Below, piece by piece: positions 1 through 10,706 of a DNA stretch of 64,000 nucleotides. How positions within the stretch are numbered: the stretch's first letter is position 1; each line of letters opens with the position of its first letter. Under the pieces are notes generated by a model. The model worked only from the letters and a program-made list of their open reading frames with translations, ran no database searches and had not been told where the DNA came from. The stretch is from Klebsormidium nitens (Eukaryota; Plantae; Klebsormidiophyceae). The translations under genes and the position numbers were made by a program. The stretch is taken from positions 186,001-250,000 of the forward strand of contig DF236955.1 in the NCBI GenBank assembly GCA_000708835.1, written 5' to 3'.

Positions 1-3000
1 AGACGAAGGCCCCGGTCCCGCTGCTTCCGCCCCAGCCGCCGCCACCTTCGCCCAGGGGGTGGCCCATGCAGAGCCGAACCAGGCAGAGCTCGCCCCCCCC
101 GGACCATTCTCCCCTGCGCCCCCTGCCCCCGCTGCTGACCCGACCCCAGACCCAGGAGGCATTATTGGCGGCGGCGTTGCAGGTTTCTGCGATGTCGCCG
201 CCTTCCTGACAGCTGGCAGCGGCCCATTCGCCCACGCGTTGGTGGTGCTCGGCCCCACTGCAGGGGGCCTGACACCTGGCGCACTCTGATTGGTCTTGGC
301 CGCTGCCACGGCCGCCGCAACCTTTGCCTGGACTGTCCGCACGTTAATCACGGGCCCATTCTTTACAATCCCCGCTCGCGTTTTCGCGTCGAGGTCCGAT
401 TTCAGGTGCACGGGGGGCGAGCGCGTGTGGTTCTGGGTTGTGGTGCCGTTGAGCGGCCGAGAGACCGGTTTGACTTCCCGGTCGCTGCCTACTTTCTCTT
501 TGGTGTCCCGCAGAGGGCCCGGTTGGTTTCCCCGGGCCGGCTTGTCCACCTCCCCCGAGGAGCTCCGTGCCGGCTTCTTCTCGTTCTCTTTCTCAGGCGC
601 CTTTTGGCGGTCGCGCTGCTTGTCGGGCCGCCGCCGAGCCGTCTCTTGCTCGCGCCGCCGTTCACGCTCACGCTCCTTCTCCGCCTCCTTTTCCCCTGCA
701 CCAGAAAGCAAATATCCTATTATCCTGTGACACCAAGAAAGGACTCTAGCAGCAGTGTGATCTGAAATCAAGCGTTGCTTTTGCCGCCCACCTTTGGCCT
801 CCACAGAGTGGTCCTGTCAAGACCAAAACAGAAATGAAAGTCTTGAAATTCAAAGATAACAGGAGAAAGCAACCGCTTCCAATCCTTCTCCACAATGAGC
901 TGCCCTGTGTGAGGGTTCAGCCCCCACACTGCAACTTGGATGGGGACAGCGAAGCCATGCCTTCACTATTCATAAGCTGCCACCCAACCAAGTGGCTTTA
1001 AACACTTTTGCGATGCGTATGTGACCCTGCATATGCTGAGCACATTCTGGCGAACCCAGCTCACAAGCAAGGGCTCCCGCATAACTCTTGTCAACCCTCG
1101 CCTCAGAAATCTCCCTATACTAACGAGAAGCGCAGCTCACACCTCTTTTGGTGCAAAAAAAGTTTTCACCTGAAACTTGCAAGTAACGAAAGAGGTATAT
1201 GCCCCTGCTCAGATGTATATGCCCCTGCTCAACCCTAGACCTTGCCTGACAAAGCACGCGAGAGCAGCCCACGACTAACAAAAAGCTGACTTTGAAACCA
1301 CGGGACCACCCTGCTGAACATACGGTGAATGCTCGTCAAGAGCCAGGGCCATAAATTATATACAATTTTCAGATTGAAAGAGACGAACTACAACAGACGC
1401 CCTTTCAAAAGATGCTCAATGCTGGATCATCAAGCAAGGCAGCATAGATGCCACAACAAGGCAAGAGCGTGCTCTTTGCCATGCTGGGCTTGTGGACTGC
1501 TCTGAGCATTCTAGACAAAGACACCTGGAAAGCAGAGAAGACGACTGATATTGCGGCCGGAAACTAACAGAGTCACCTTATGGGTGTTTGTTATTAGGCT
1601 GACGTGCCAGTTGACAGGACTGGCATGCAACAGGGCGCGCGAAAACTGACCAAAGGACCACTACCGACTGCACAAACCTTGCATGATACGGCCTACTTTG
1701 GAAGCTTTAGGCCAACCTTATCCTGTGTACTTCACGCAATGCTGACCACACGCGGCTTTTGCAGCAACCTTTTCCAAGCCTGGCTTCAACTAGCATCCGG
1801 CAGGAACGATGCCAAGAGAGGTTGCGTTCAAGATCCATTACATCTGTGCTTCCTCACAAGACCCCAGTACCAAACCAGTAACGATTGCCAAGTCTCTATG
1901 AAAGCTCATCTAACATCCGAAAAGGGGCTCCATTGCCCAGCTGTTTAAAGCAGGAGGCCCTGCAGTAGTTCTGAGAGGCCTATCATCAACTCGCCTTGTG
2001 AAACAAGCTTTTCCAGCTGTCCAAAGCAGCACCTTCCAAAAGATACTACTGGCAGTAACACCCAACAATTACTTGGATAGAAGCTGCATTTCTGGCCTCA
2101 GCATACAGGAACCTGCAGCGGGCCCGAACGTCTCCTTGCCTACCCTTTGCAAAACAGACAACCTCCTAAGCTCTCAATGCACATGTTTACAAACGCGCCC
2201 AACCGGCCCCTCACCTTCCCTCTGCGCGGCCAGCTGCCTGTCGCGCTCCCTCCGCCGCTCCTCCACGAGCCGGGCCACCTCGAGCCGTTGCTTCTGCTCC
2301 TCCGCCTCGAGTGCCTCCCGCTCCAACCGCGCTTGCGCTTTCTCCTCCGCTCTCTTTCTCGCTTTCTCCTCTTTGCTCACCGCGCCCTCGTCCCCCCGCC
2401 GCTCCCCCCGCCGCCCCTCGTCTCCCTTCTCGTCCTCCCGCAACCCCTGCAGCGCGCGACACGCACGCCACCCGCGCCGCAGCGGCCACAGCCCGAGCGA
2501 CACCCCCCACGAGGTCAGCCACAACCCCGTCCCTAACCACCCGGCCTTCTGCCCCTTTTCACACCGCTCGAGGCAGAGCGCCTCTTTCAGCGCGCCGCAC
2601 CAGTCAAGCAGCCAACCGGGCCCTCGCCCGGCGCTACCCCCCGTTCCTGGTGCGGCTCCATTTGGAGCGTCGAGGACGGGTTTTCGGGAGACGTGCCCGC
2701 AGTAAGTGCACATGAACTTGCCGCCCGGGGGTGTTTGCTTCTCATACGCGGCCAGGCAGTTGCGGCACCGCCTAGTGGCGACTTTCCGCCACCGTGCCTG
2801 GAAGAAAGCAGGAGTGACAGCATGAGGAAACAGGCGGGCAAAAAGTGGAATGCACAGGGAAAGAATTGCAGGGAATGAATGCCTCCACAGCGCTTGGAGG
2901 CAGAGACGAATGAGCCTGACGTGCGATCGCAAGGATGTGCCAGGAGAAAGTGCAAGGGCAGAAAACCCCAGCTCAGAAGATTTGACAGTGGGCGGCCCAA

Positions 3001-3877
3001 GATATCAAAAATCTATAGCAGGGCGGCTCCAAGGCCCTGCATTGACCATGGGACTCCTGTCCTGCTCAATGAAACTGATACAGCCCGCAAATCAAAATAG
3101 CATCAGCCAAGGTGAGTTTGACTGTAGAAAGTCACAATAGAGCCAAAAACCACCACAAAGTTCTGAGCTTCCCAAGAATCTGGGTGGATGCAAGCCCCTT
3201 CAGCTCAATGCCAGAGCCCATGACATGAAGGCAAGCTCCAACACCATTGAATGTAAGACCTGTGGCCCACGCGTTAAAGGGGCTTCCATATTCTCATGTA
3301 GCTCTGCACCTCGTCCATTCATTTTCCCTGCCCCAATCAAAGAACACTCTGGTATTGACAAGAACCACTGTTCAACTCTGGTGTTGACAAGAATCACTTT
3401 TTTAGGAAGCAGCCCCTTGCAGGTCAGAGCACGTGCCTGCCTGCTTATGCCCTCTGGCCATAGCTCTCACCCCTCCACACACTCTCCCTTTCGCTTGGGC
3501 AAGGTTCAGCCGCGAGGCAACCATTGCCATGTCACTCCACCCTTTCCTGCAAATGCACCCGTCCAAGAACTCTCGTTTTCAAGCTCCTTCAACATTCACA
3601 GAGGACTCACCTCCTCCAAGGCCAGGATGCGCTTCCGCTCGAGCGCCTCCGCCTTACGCCGCGCCCGGAAGTCCTTCAACCTGGGGAGGGCCAACTCGTA
3701 CCACGCCAAGCTCAGCAGGGTAATGACGCACAGCACCCGGGGTGACGTCACCTCTATCCTCCAGCCCTTGGGGAAGAACTGCGTGACCCCCCACAGGACC
3801 AAAATGGGCACCACAAGCCATGGCGCGGCGCCCGCCAGCCGCCGCGACCATCTCGAGCCCGCGCACACGATGCACAT
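1..3877 (-). CDS. Plant 'stress response protein NST1-like' membrane protein, partial (3' end runs off the window); exons 3877-3611, 2797-2215, 695-<1
   Basis: Starts MCIVCAGSRWSRRLAGAAPWLVVPILVLWGVTQFFP..EVTSPR..WYELALPRL. Then TRRCRNC...GGKFMCTYCGHVSRKPVLD and EKARKRAEEKAQARLE...EVARLVEERRR. As I recall them, these match the Arabidopsis AT3G51640/AT3G51650 family. Donors GAG|GTGAGT (3611) and AAG|GTGAGG (2215), acceptors ttccag (2798) and tgcag (696); phases are consistent. Confidence 0.85.
1195..1231. repeat. Short tandem duplication in an intron (GTATATGCCCCTGCTCA x2, period 20)
   Basis: Identical 17-mers at 1195-1211 and 1215-1231. Confidence 0.8.
3346..3398. repeat. Short tandem duplication in an intron (24 nt x2, period 29)
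   Basis: ACTCTGGTATTGACAAGAACCACT at 3346-3369 versus ACTCTGGTGTTGACAAGAATCACT at 3375-3398 (2 mismatches). Confidence 0.75.
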
Positions 3878-4633
3878 GCTGACGTCACGCCACAGGTGCT
3901 GCATGAATCGTTCGCATAGCAGACGCCCCAAGGTAGCGCATTTGCAGACCCCACAAGGCCGGGACCCCTGGCGCGGCGACGCTTTGGCTGAATCTCGTCC
4001 TATCCGCCTTCTTTCAAACCGCCTGCAACTTGCTCTGTGATTCTGAATGACCCTTCATGAGCCGTGATCTGGGTACGAGCCAGAGATGAGGTATGTACCG
4101 CATTATTATTGTGACCGGCACTTGCCTCTCCGGGCGTTCTGCAAAATGGTTATCAAAAGAGTACCGTTCCGGGAACCGTATGTACAGGGCACAGAGTCAC
4201 AGACGGCGCAACTGCGGATCCACCGGGCACCCAGTCTTTACTAGGTACCTTGATCATCAACCGGTAGGTACCGTCTAGATCTGTCTTTCTCCCGGTACGT
4301 TCCGATACCTGAACTTTGCGGCCGGTAGGTTCTGGCTGTGCGCGCCCAAAAGCGCGTACACTGCAACGTCCATCCGAAAGATTCAAATCCAAGAACTTGA
4401 ACTTGGTTGAAGGGGTGCTCACTGCTGACCCCTTCAGTCTTCAGTCTTCAGTCAAGCTTCTTCCTTTCGTCCCTGAGGCAGTGAAGGCCGAAGCCAGTGA
4501 ACTGTGAAGATTGAAGAATTTGGAAGAAGCACTACAGTACTGGAAATCCTGGGATGCACTGTATTTCACCTCGATTCGGTGCGCTGGAATCGAGAACCGC
4601 TAAAAGCCCCAACAATTCCCCAGCAGCAGCAGC
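3878..4633. promoter_or_regulatory. Divergent (bidirectional) promoter region between the NST1-like and PIN genes, with a GTAC cluster
   Basis: Head-to-head start codons 756 bp apart; 8 GTAC cores in 4073-4359. Confidence 0.6.
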
Positions 4634-7600
4634 ATGGTCTTGACTCGGGCGGCAGCGGCCCGTCTGGCGGCTGTAGCGAGCGACCCCGCCGCCGAGGATT
4701 CGCTCAATGCAGAGCAACAAACACCATCGAGCAGCTTGGCCAAAGGGCGTCGCACCAAGCGCGCTGGGACAGCGACAAAACAGCAAGAAGGTGCGGCGCG
4801 CACGAGCGAGTTGCAGGATGGGCCGGAGCAGGTGGACCCCCTGGAAAAAGAGATGAGGAGGTTTGAAGCGGAGTTGGAAGCGCTAAGTTGCTGCGGAGAT
4901 GAGGATGAGGAGGTGGAGTCGATGGGCATGCCGGAAAGCGCTGCACATTGTAAGAAGGAGAGCGGCGCCGCAATTGCAGGGGTCAAAAGGTTGCAGGACA
5001 AACAATTGAAGCAAAGCGCAGAGGTTAGCAACAACAGTAGCAATCAGGTCCACGTGAAGGCCGAAAGCAGGATCATGTCCAAGGAACGGACAAGTCAAGC
5101 AGAGGGCAATGCTGGGGCCGTGCTTTCGGCAGGGCCTCAATTGTATGACAAGCAGAGTGAGGACTCAGTTAAGGAAGCCTCATTCCCAGGCCCCGAAGGT
5201 GTCATGGCAAAGGAGCAAGAGCAAAATGCGGGCGATGCTGATGCGAAACCTGCTCAGACATCGCTTGTACCAACCACCAGGTTGGTCCTCAGCAGGAAAG
5301 AGAGGGCGGTGCGCGCCAGGGTCCTGAAAGAAGCCCTGGTGAACGTGGATGAGAAGCAACGCAAGTGGCAGGATTTCGCAGCAGTGAAACAGCTCCAAAA
5401 GTCGGGGCAGGAGAGAACTGCCGCGGATGCGACCTTCGAGCAGTTGAGTGAACAGAGTAGTTCCAGCGGGGAGGGCTGGGTTTTTGGGAAGAAGGTCGCG
5501 TTCTCGTTCAAGCCCAAGAGCAGCAGCCCCGCCAAGAAGGGCTCCAAATCCCTGGTGAAAAGCCCCACAAAACTCCCCTCGCATTCGAAACCCCCTCAAG
5601 ACGCAGCACCAGCGTCCGTCGACACGCCTTCAGCCCAAGAAGGAAGCGGGGAAACTCCTTCTCAAGCCGTGGAGCAAACCCCGCTCCCCGCCCCACGGCC
5701 CACCCTTGCACTAACCACCCCTGCCGTAGAAGCCCAGGCCCGGAGCGGCAATCCGGTTCTCGACCTCCGGTTCCTGTTTCCCAAGGCAACCCCTCCAGAG
5801 CCAAGCACCCCCCACTCCAGCGGCGACACAGCAACCAACCCCATCAACATCTCCCCTGGAGAAAGAAGCTCGGGCGACTCAGGGGACGCGTTTTCTCTGA
5901 GCGCACAGGGTGAGGGGGAGAGTTCTGAGTCTGGGGGAGCAGCGATGAGCAGCGAGGACGCGTTCGCTACGGAGGTATGTGCCACCCCTGCCCCTGCTTT
6001 GGGGGGTTTTGCAAGCCCCTTTTCTGTCGAGTCCGCCTCCCCCGCCCTGAAAGAGATTCTCCGTACCGCCCACTCGTTTGCTACCGAGCGGGGCGCTGCG
6101 AGCCCGTCCCCAAGCCCCCTTAACCCGAATCCAAACCGAGACCCTAACCCTAACCCGGGAGCTGGCCAGCAGAGAGGGCGGAGGGAGTCATACTCGGACG
6201 TGTTTGCCTCGCCAGAGTTGGTTAACATCTTCAAGGGCGCGCGTCAGACGGTCGTGCAAAAATCGGGGCCCGAGAGAGCGCAGACGGAGCTGGAAAAGAT
6301 AACCCAGGCGGCGAGAGAGTATGCGGCGAGCCGGGCGCAGCTGGCCGTAGAAAAGAGCCCGCTCGGGGTGCGCTGCCAGAGAGAGAGCGAGCTTGCGCTG
6401 TCGTTTGCGGAGAAGTTACAGCTGGCAGATCCGACGGCTGAGCCTACAAGCTGGGGTGGGTACTCCCAAGGGGAATGGGGAGAAAGCGGGGTTTCTGTGG
6501 AGCAGTCGGCCGCAAATGTGGCATTGGACGGTTCTGACGGCAGCTGGAACCAGTCTGTGCGCTTGTTTGACGGGCAGACTGTCAAGGTGTCCCCCTTTCC
6601 CGCATCGAACCAGGCTGCGCCACCTGTCGGGCAGGTTGCGGAGCCGTCACCCGAAAACCTAGTGTTCGATGTTTCGCACGAACGTGGAACCAAGGCGGTG
6701 CGCTCCTTTGATGGGCGGACAGTGGAGGTGCACTCCGGGTCTGCATTTGCCAACCATGTGCCGCCACCTGTTGGGCATGTTTCGGACGGTCCGAAGGAGC
6801 GGGCGGGCACTTTGTACGTAGTGGTGGACACCAACTGCTACCTGTCCGCGTCCGACATGCCAGCTGTCAGGCGCATTTACGAGGCGGCGCAGAGCGTGGC
6901 GGACGGCGCGCAATGCTATGAGTGGCACGGCGCAGAGGGGGTGGTCATTGTGGTTCCGAATGCTGGTGAGAAAGCGCCACTTGGTGTGATGAGAGTACGA
7001 CTCGATCATCAGTGAGAAGAAACCAATGTTGTTTCGGAAGGACGATTCGATATCTCTGCATTCGAACGGATTTGGCAGACGTTTACTCCTGGTCGAGAGG
7101 GACGGTACGTTTATCGTCCCTTCTTGACTTCGAAAAGCCGTGTTCAAGCTCACCGATTGGGGCGTGCATTAACTGTCCTCATCCGTATGGCTTTCTTCCG
7201 TTCTCCTTTGATTCGTCTCCGCCTCACTTTGTTGTCCTCTGTATCCCCCGCCTTGCTTCTGTCCCGTAATATACGTCATTGCTCTCGACGCTTCAGTGCT
7301 CTATCCCGTCTGCAATGCGACATTCGTGTTCTAGATATAGCAGATGCCTGTCGTCCCCAGAATTCCCTTTTAAGTACATCTTGCCTTCGAGCTTATAATG
7401 GATATAGTTTCCTCCTCCGTCCGTCAGATCGCTCGAGCAGACAAAGGAATCGGCCGAAAAGCTCACACCTCCTTTTACTTTGCAGTAATCAGGGAACTTG
7501 ACGGTCTGAAGCTGAACCCGAACACGTCGGGGATGGCGCGGGCGGCGCTCCGTTTCCTGAGCCACGGCTGCAAGGCGCGGCCTTCCAGCATCAAACTGGC

Positions 7601-9505
7601 CGGGCCGGAGAAAATGGTCCAGGTAATCACTCAAAACGCACTGAAATTCTCCGTTGCTGCATGAAGAAAAGTAGCGAGCTTGACACTCAGCGGATGCTTG
7701 TGAAAGTTGATGTATGTCCTGCTCACAAGGTTAAAGCCAAGGCTAGTTGACCGGTTGGGTTCGCTTGAAGCGAACCGTGCTGTTGAGGTTCTGCCCATGA
7801 TGAGGCCATGTGAACATAAGTCTCTGATTCTTTTCGATTCATGGACAAGAAGCTCCATAAATAACAAGGTCATTCCACCGGGCGAAGACGAATTTCAATC
7901 CCCTAGCCCAGAAATGTACGCGCTCCGCATTGGAACCACTCTAACCTCCGACCCAACCACACCCGTCCCCCGGGCTCGATTTTAGTAGTTATAGAGCTCA
8001 TTACTCCTTGAATTGAGAGTTCGCGTGGAACGCCACGAGACGAGCGCTTGGGGCTCCATGTAGCAAAGGCGTCCGCTCAGTCCGCCAGTCGGAAGTGTCC
8101 GTTTTCTTATCTCGACTGGGCAGAAGTGCTCTCAGGGCTTTAGCGATCGAGCTGGCACCAAAAAGGCCGTTTACTGGAAAGTTACTTGTCAAAGTACCAT
8201 AAGTCAGCAGACTGGTGAATTCCTGCATTCACATGGAGGCGCAGCGCGTCCTTCGACGCATACAGTTGCGAAGCAGATTACCAACTATACACTCTGAGAA
8301 GGTTGGACAATCCTGTTCTCTATCGCGGCAGCGTGAGTTGCTGTCGTTTCCAGGAAGTGCATGATCGGATGCAGGTCTCTTTGGTTTCCTGCAGCCAGCC
8401 TGAAGTCATATGTTTGCCCTGAATTCCGCCCAGCTTACCACACAGATCATCTCGAAGGGCCGGTCTGCGCCCGGATCCGGCAAGAATGAATTCACGGTCA
8501 ATCCAGTCTGTGAATGTGGTGTGTTGAGCCTTACAGTTCCACAGCCACGTACAGCGGTGGCTGCCTATCATACATCAGGTTCGGTCAAGCCTGTCCGCCC
8601 AACTTGGGCCCGATTGGGAACGATCACGGAACTTACCTCACGCTCAGAATCTGGACCCTTTGATGACGCAGAAGTCCTCCATCGAACGGCCCAGATTCTT
8701 GGCTAGTCAATCCGGCCGTTGCTGACCGAAATTCCTCACTAGTCCGGTACTTTACATGCTCGCGTCTAATCTAGCTGGCTTGTGTGCCTGGCAGGTGGAG
8801 CCCATCAAGAACGGCCCCCCCGAGTTTAGCGGCGCGGACGACGCCATCCTGGGGTGCTGCCTGTACATGGACCGGAACGAGGGGGAGGCGGTGCTACTCA
8901 CCAACGACGTCGCGCTGCAGCTCAAGGTACGGAAATGGGCTGCACTCATTGGATTTTGCAACGCAGGGTGTGAGTGATCGGATAGCCACAGGGTTACGAG
9001 CTTACGTTTTTGTTCTCGGGAAGTCTGAGGATTGCGGGACGATGTTTCTGACATTGCCGAGGTTCCCGTGTGCCGAAGCGGCTGTCAACCGAGCCGCCAA
9101 CGTCTGGGTTTCCGTGCGCTTCATACTGATATTTCCTGAAGAGCGAGAGCCATATTCCGGAGCGACTCGTCTATCTACTCAACATGGAAAGATCCTATCC
9201 TTTCCCACTTGCATTTACTCCTCTTAGGAACGTGTTTCTTGTAAGCCTGCCCTCTCTCAGCTTGAAGTGAGAAAGGAAAACCTGACGGGACCCCACGTAA
9301 AAACTGAGACTCTGTTTTTACACCCGCATTACAGGCCATGATGTACGGGCTCGAGGCGACGTCCGCGGCCGAGTTCCTGGCGCAACGGCTTGTACGGCTG
9401 GACCAACCCACCAGCAACTGGGCGACGCAGATGCGGCAGGTCGTAGCGATGAGAGAGGCGGCGGCTAGGAAGTTGCCACACGGTCAAGGAATACCTGCAT
9501 GTTGA
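4634..9505 (+). CDS. PIN-domain (Swt1/PS1-type) endoribonuclease with a long low-complexity N-terminus, 923 aa; exons 4634-6965, 7486-7622, 8795-8926, 9335-9505
   Basis: The spliced C-terminus has the PIN motifs YVVVDTNCYL, VVPNAVIRELDGLK, ADDAILGCC and LLTNDVALQLKA. All junctions are GT-AG and exon lengths sum to 2772 nt in frame. Confidence 0.85.
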
Positions 9506-10285
9506 CGACTCGAAGGGCCGGTTTGAGATAATAGGAGCTGGCTTTGTCGTGCGAGAACGGGGTTGAGGAGATCATTGGGCAAAACAGCATACGATTAGGG
9601 CGTTAGGGTGCTGGTCAAAAGAGTCGGCCCTAATACTGAGTCCCAGACTTGGCGTTAGTGGGACAGAGGAAAAGTCATGAGATGAGAGACCCCGAAGCCA
9701 GGAGTTTTGTGTCAAGTGCCCGTCGACTGGTTCGAAAGGGGACTGCAAACGCATGTCGCGCATGGCCCGGGGCCCTGTAATTGTCAGTCCGCAGTCGATT
9801 TGCTTCTTCAACCTATGTGCCAGGGTTCATATCCGCATGAGCGATAAACAAAGCAATTGAAAGTGGAGCCCATTCCGCCTCGAACGCCTGCGTTGGCATG
9901 TCGTGCCCGCTTTCGACTCTCTGCAGTCATCATGTAGGATCATGCATGTATGTTCACGCAATATGAACGTTTGGCCCATGAGAACGGATCATAGACCGTT
10001 CCAGATCTAATTTTAACTCTCTACAATTTAATAACGATGTTAATTCATGCCGGGAGCTCTGGCTCGACTTGACCCGCCCAAATTCTGGAGCTGTACCAAG
10101 TCCAGCGCACGTGTGGTCTCGCCCCGGCGCCGACCGCATGCAGTAGGCCATAACTTCATATGTACATGCATGCCAGCATGGTGATTGCACACGTCTTCGA
10201 TCTAAGTATGGCGATATCCGACGGCCGCATACCATAAGTATGCGCGTTAGTAATCATTCTATACATGATTGAAGTGGTGAATTAC

Positions 10286-10301
10286 GCATAGGTACCTATG
10301 C
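10286..10301. repeat. Perfect 16-bp palindrome GCATAGGTACCTATGC
   Basis: Self-complementary; lies in the convergent gap between the PIN and sirtuin genes and abuts the palindrome CACATGTG. Confidence 0.8.
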
Positions 10302-10706
10302 ACATGTGGTATATGCCAGCCGCCATCATTGGCTGCTTCAAGTTTCCGAGCCTATTGAACGTTGCAGATATACCCCGATTAGCTGTCCCCGTCTAAATGA
10401 CGGTGTACTGACTTGCTCTAGATCGAAAGAAGCAGTGACTGAGTAGGTGGGTTGATCTACCGTAATGTATATCATGCCAGTAAATTCTCCTCAATCTAGA
10501 ACTTGTCAGAGATTAAGTACTCAGTGACTGGATACGAATCGGCTAAAGAACAGTTGTTACGAAACCACTGGTCATTCTGCATGCACAGCATCTCTTTCAG
10601 GATGTACCAATGAACTGAGAAGTTGCTGGGGGCCGTGCAATCGTCCGTCCTTTCACCAGGAGCACATGCTTATCAAATGTCAACGTTCAAAGAGTCGTCC
10701 ACCCTG

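Noticed and set aside
6122-6156. TAACCC telomere-like repeats
   Set aside because: They lie in frame within the PIN gene and encode PNPNRDPNPNP; explained by coding low complexity.
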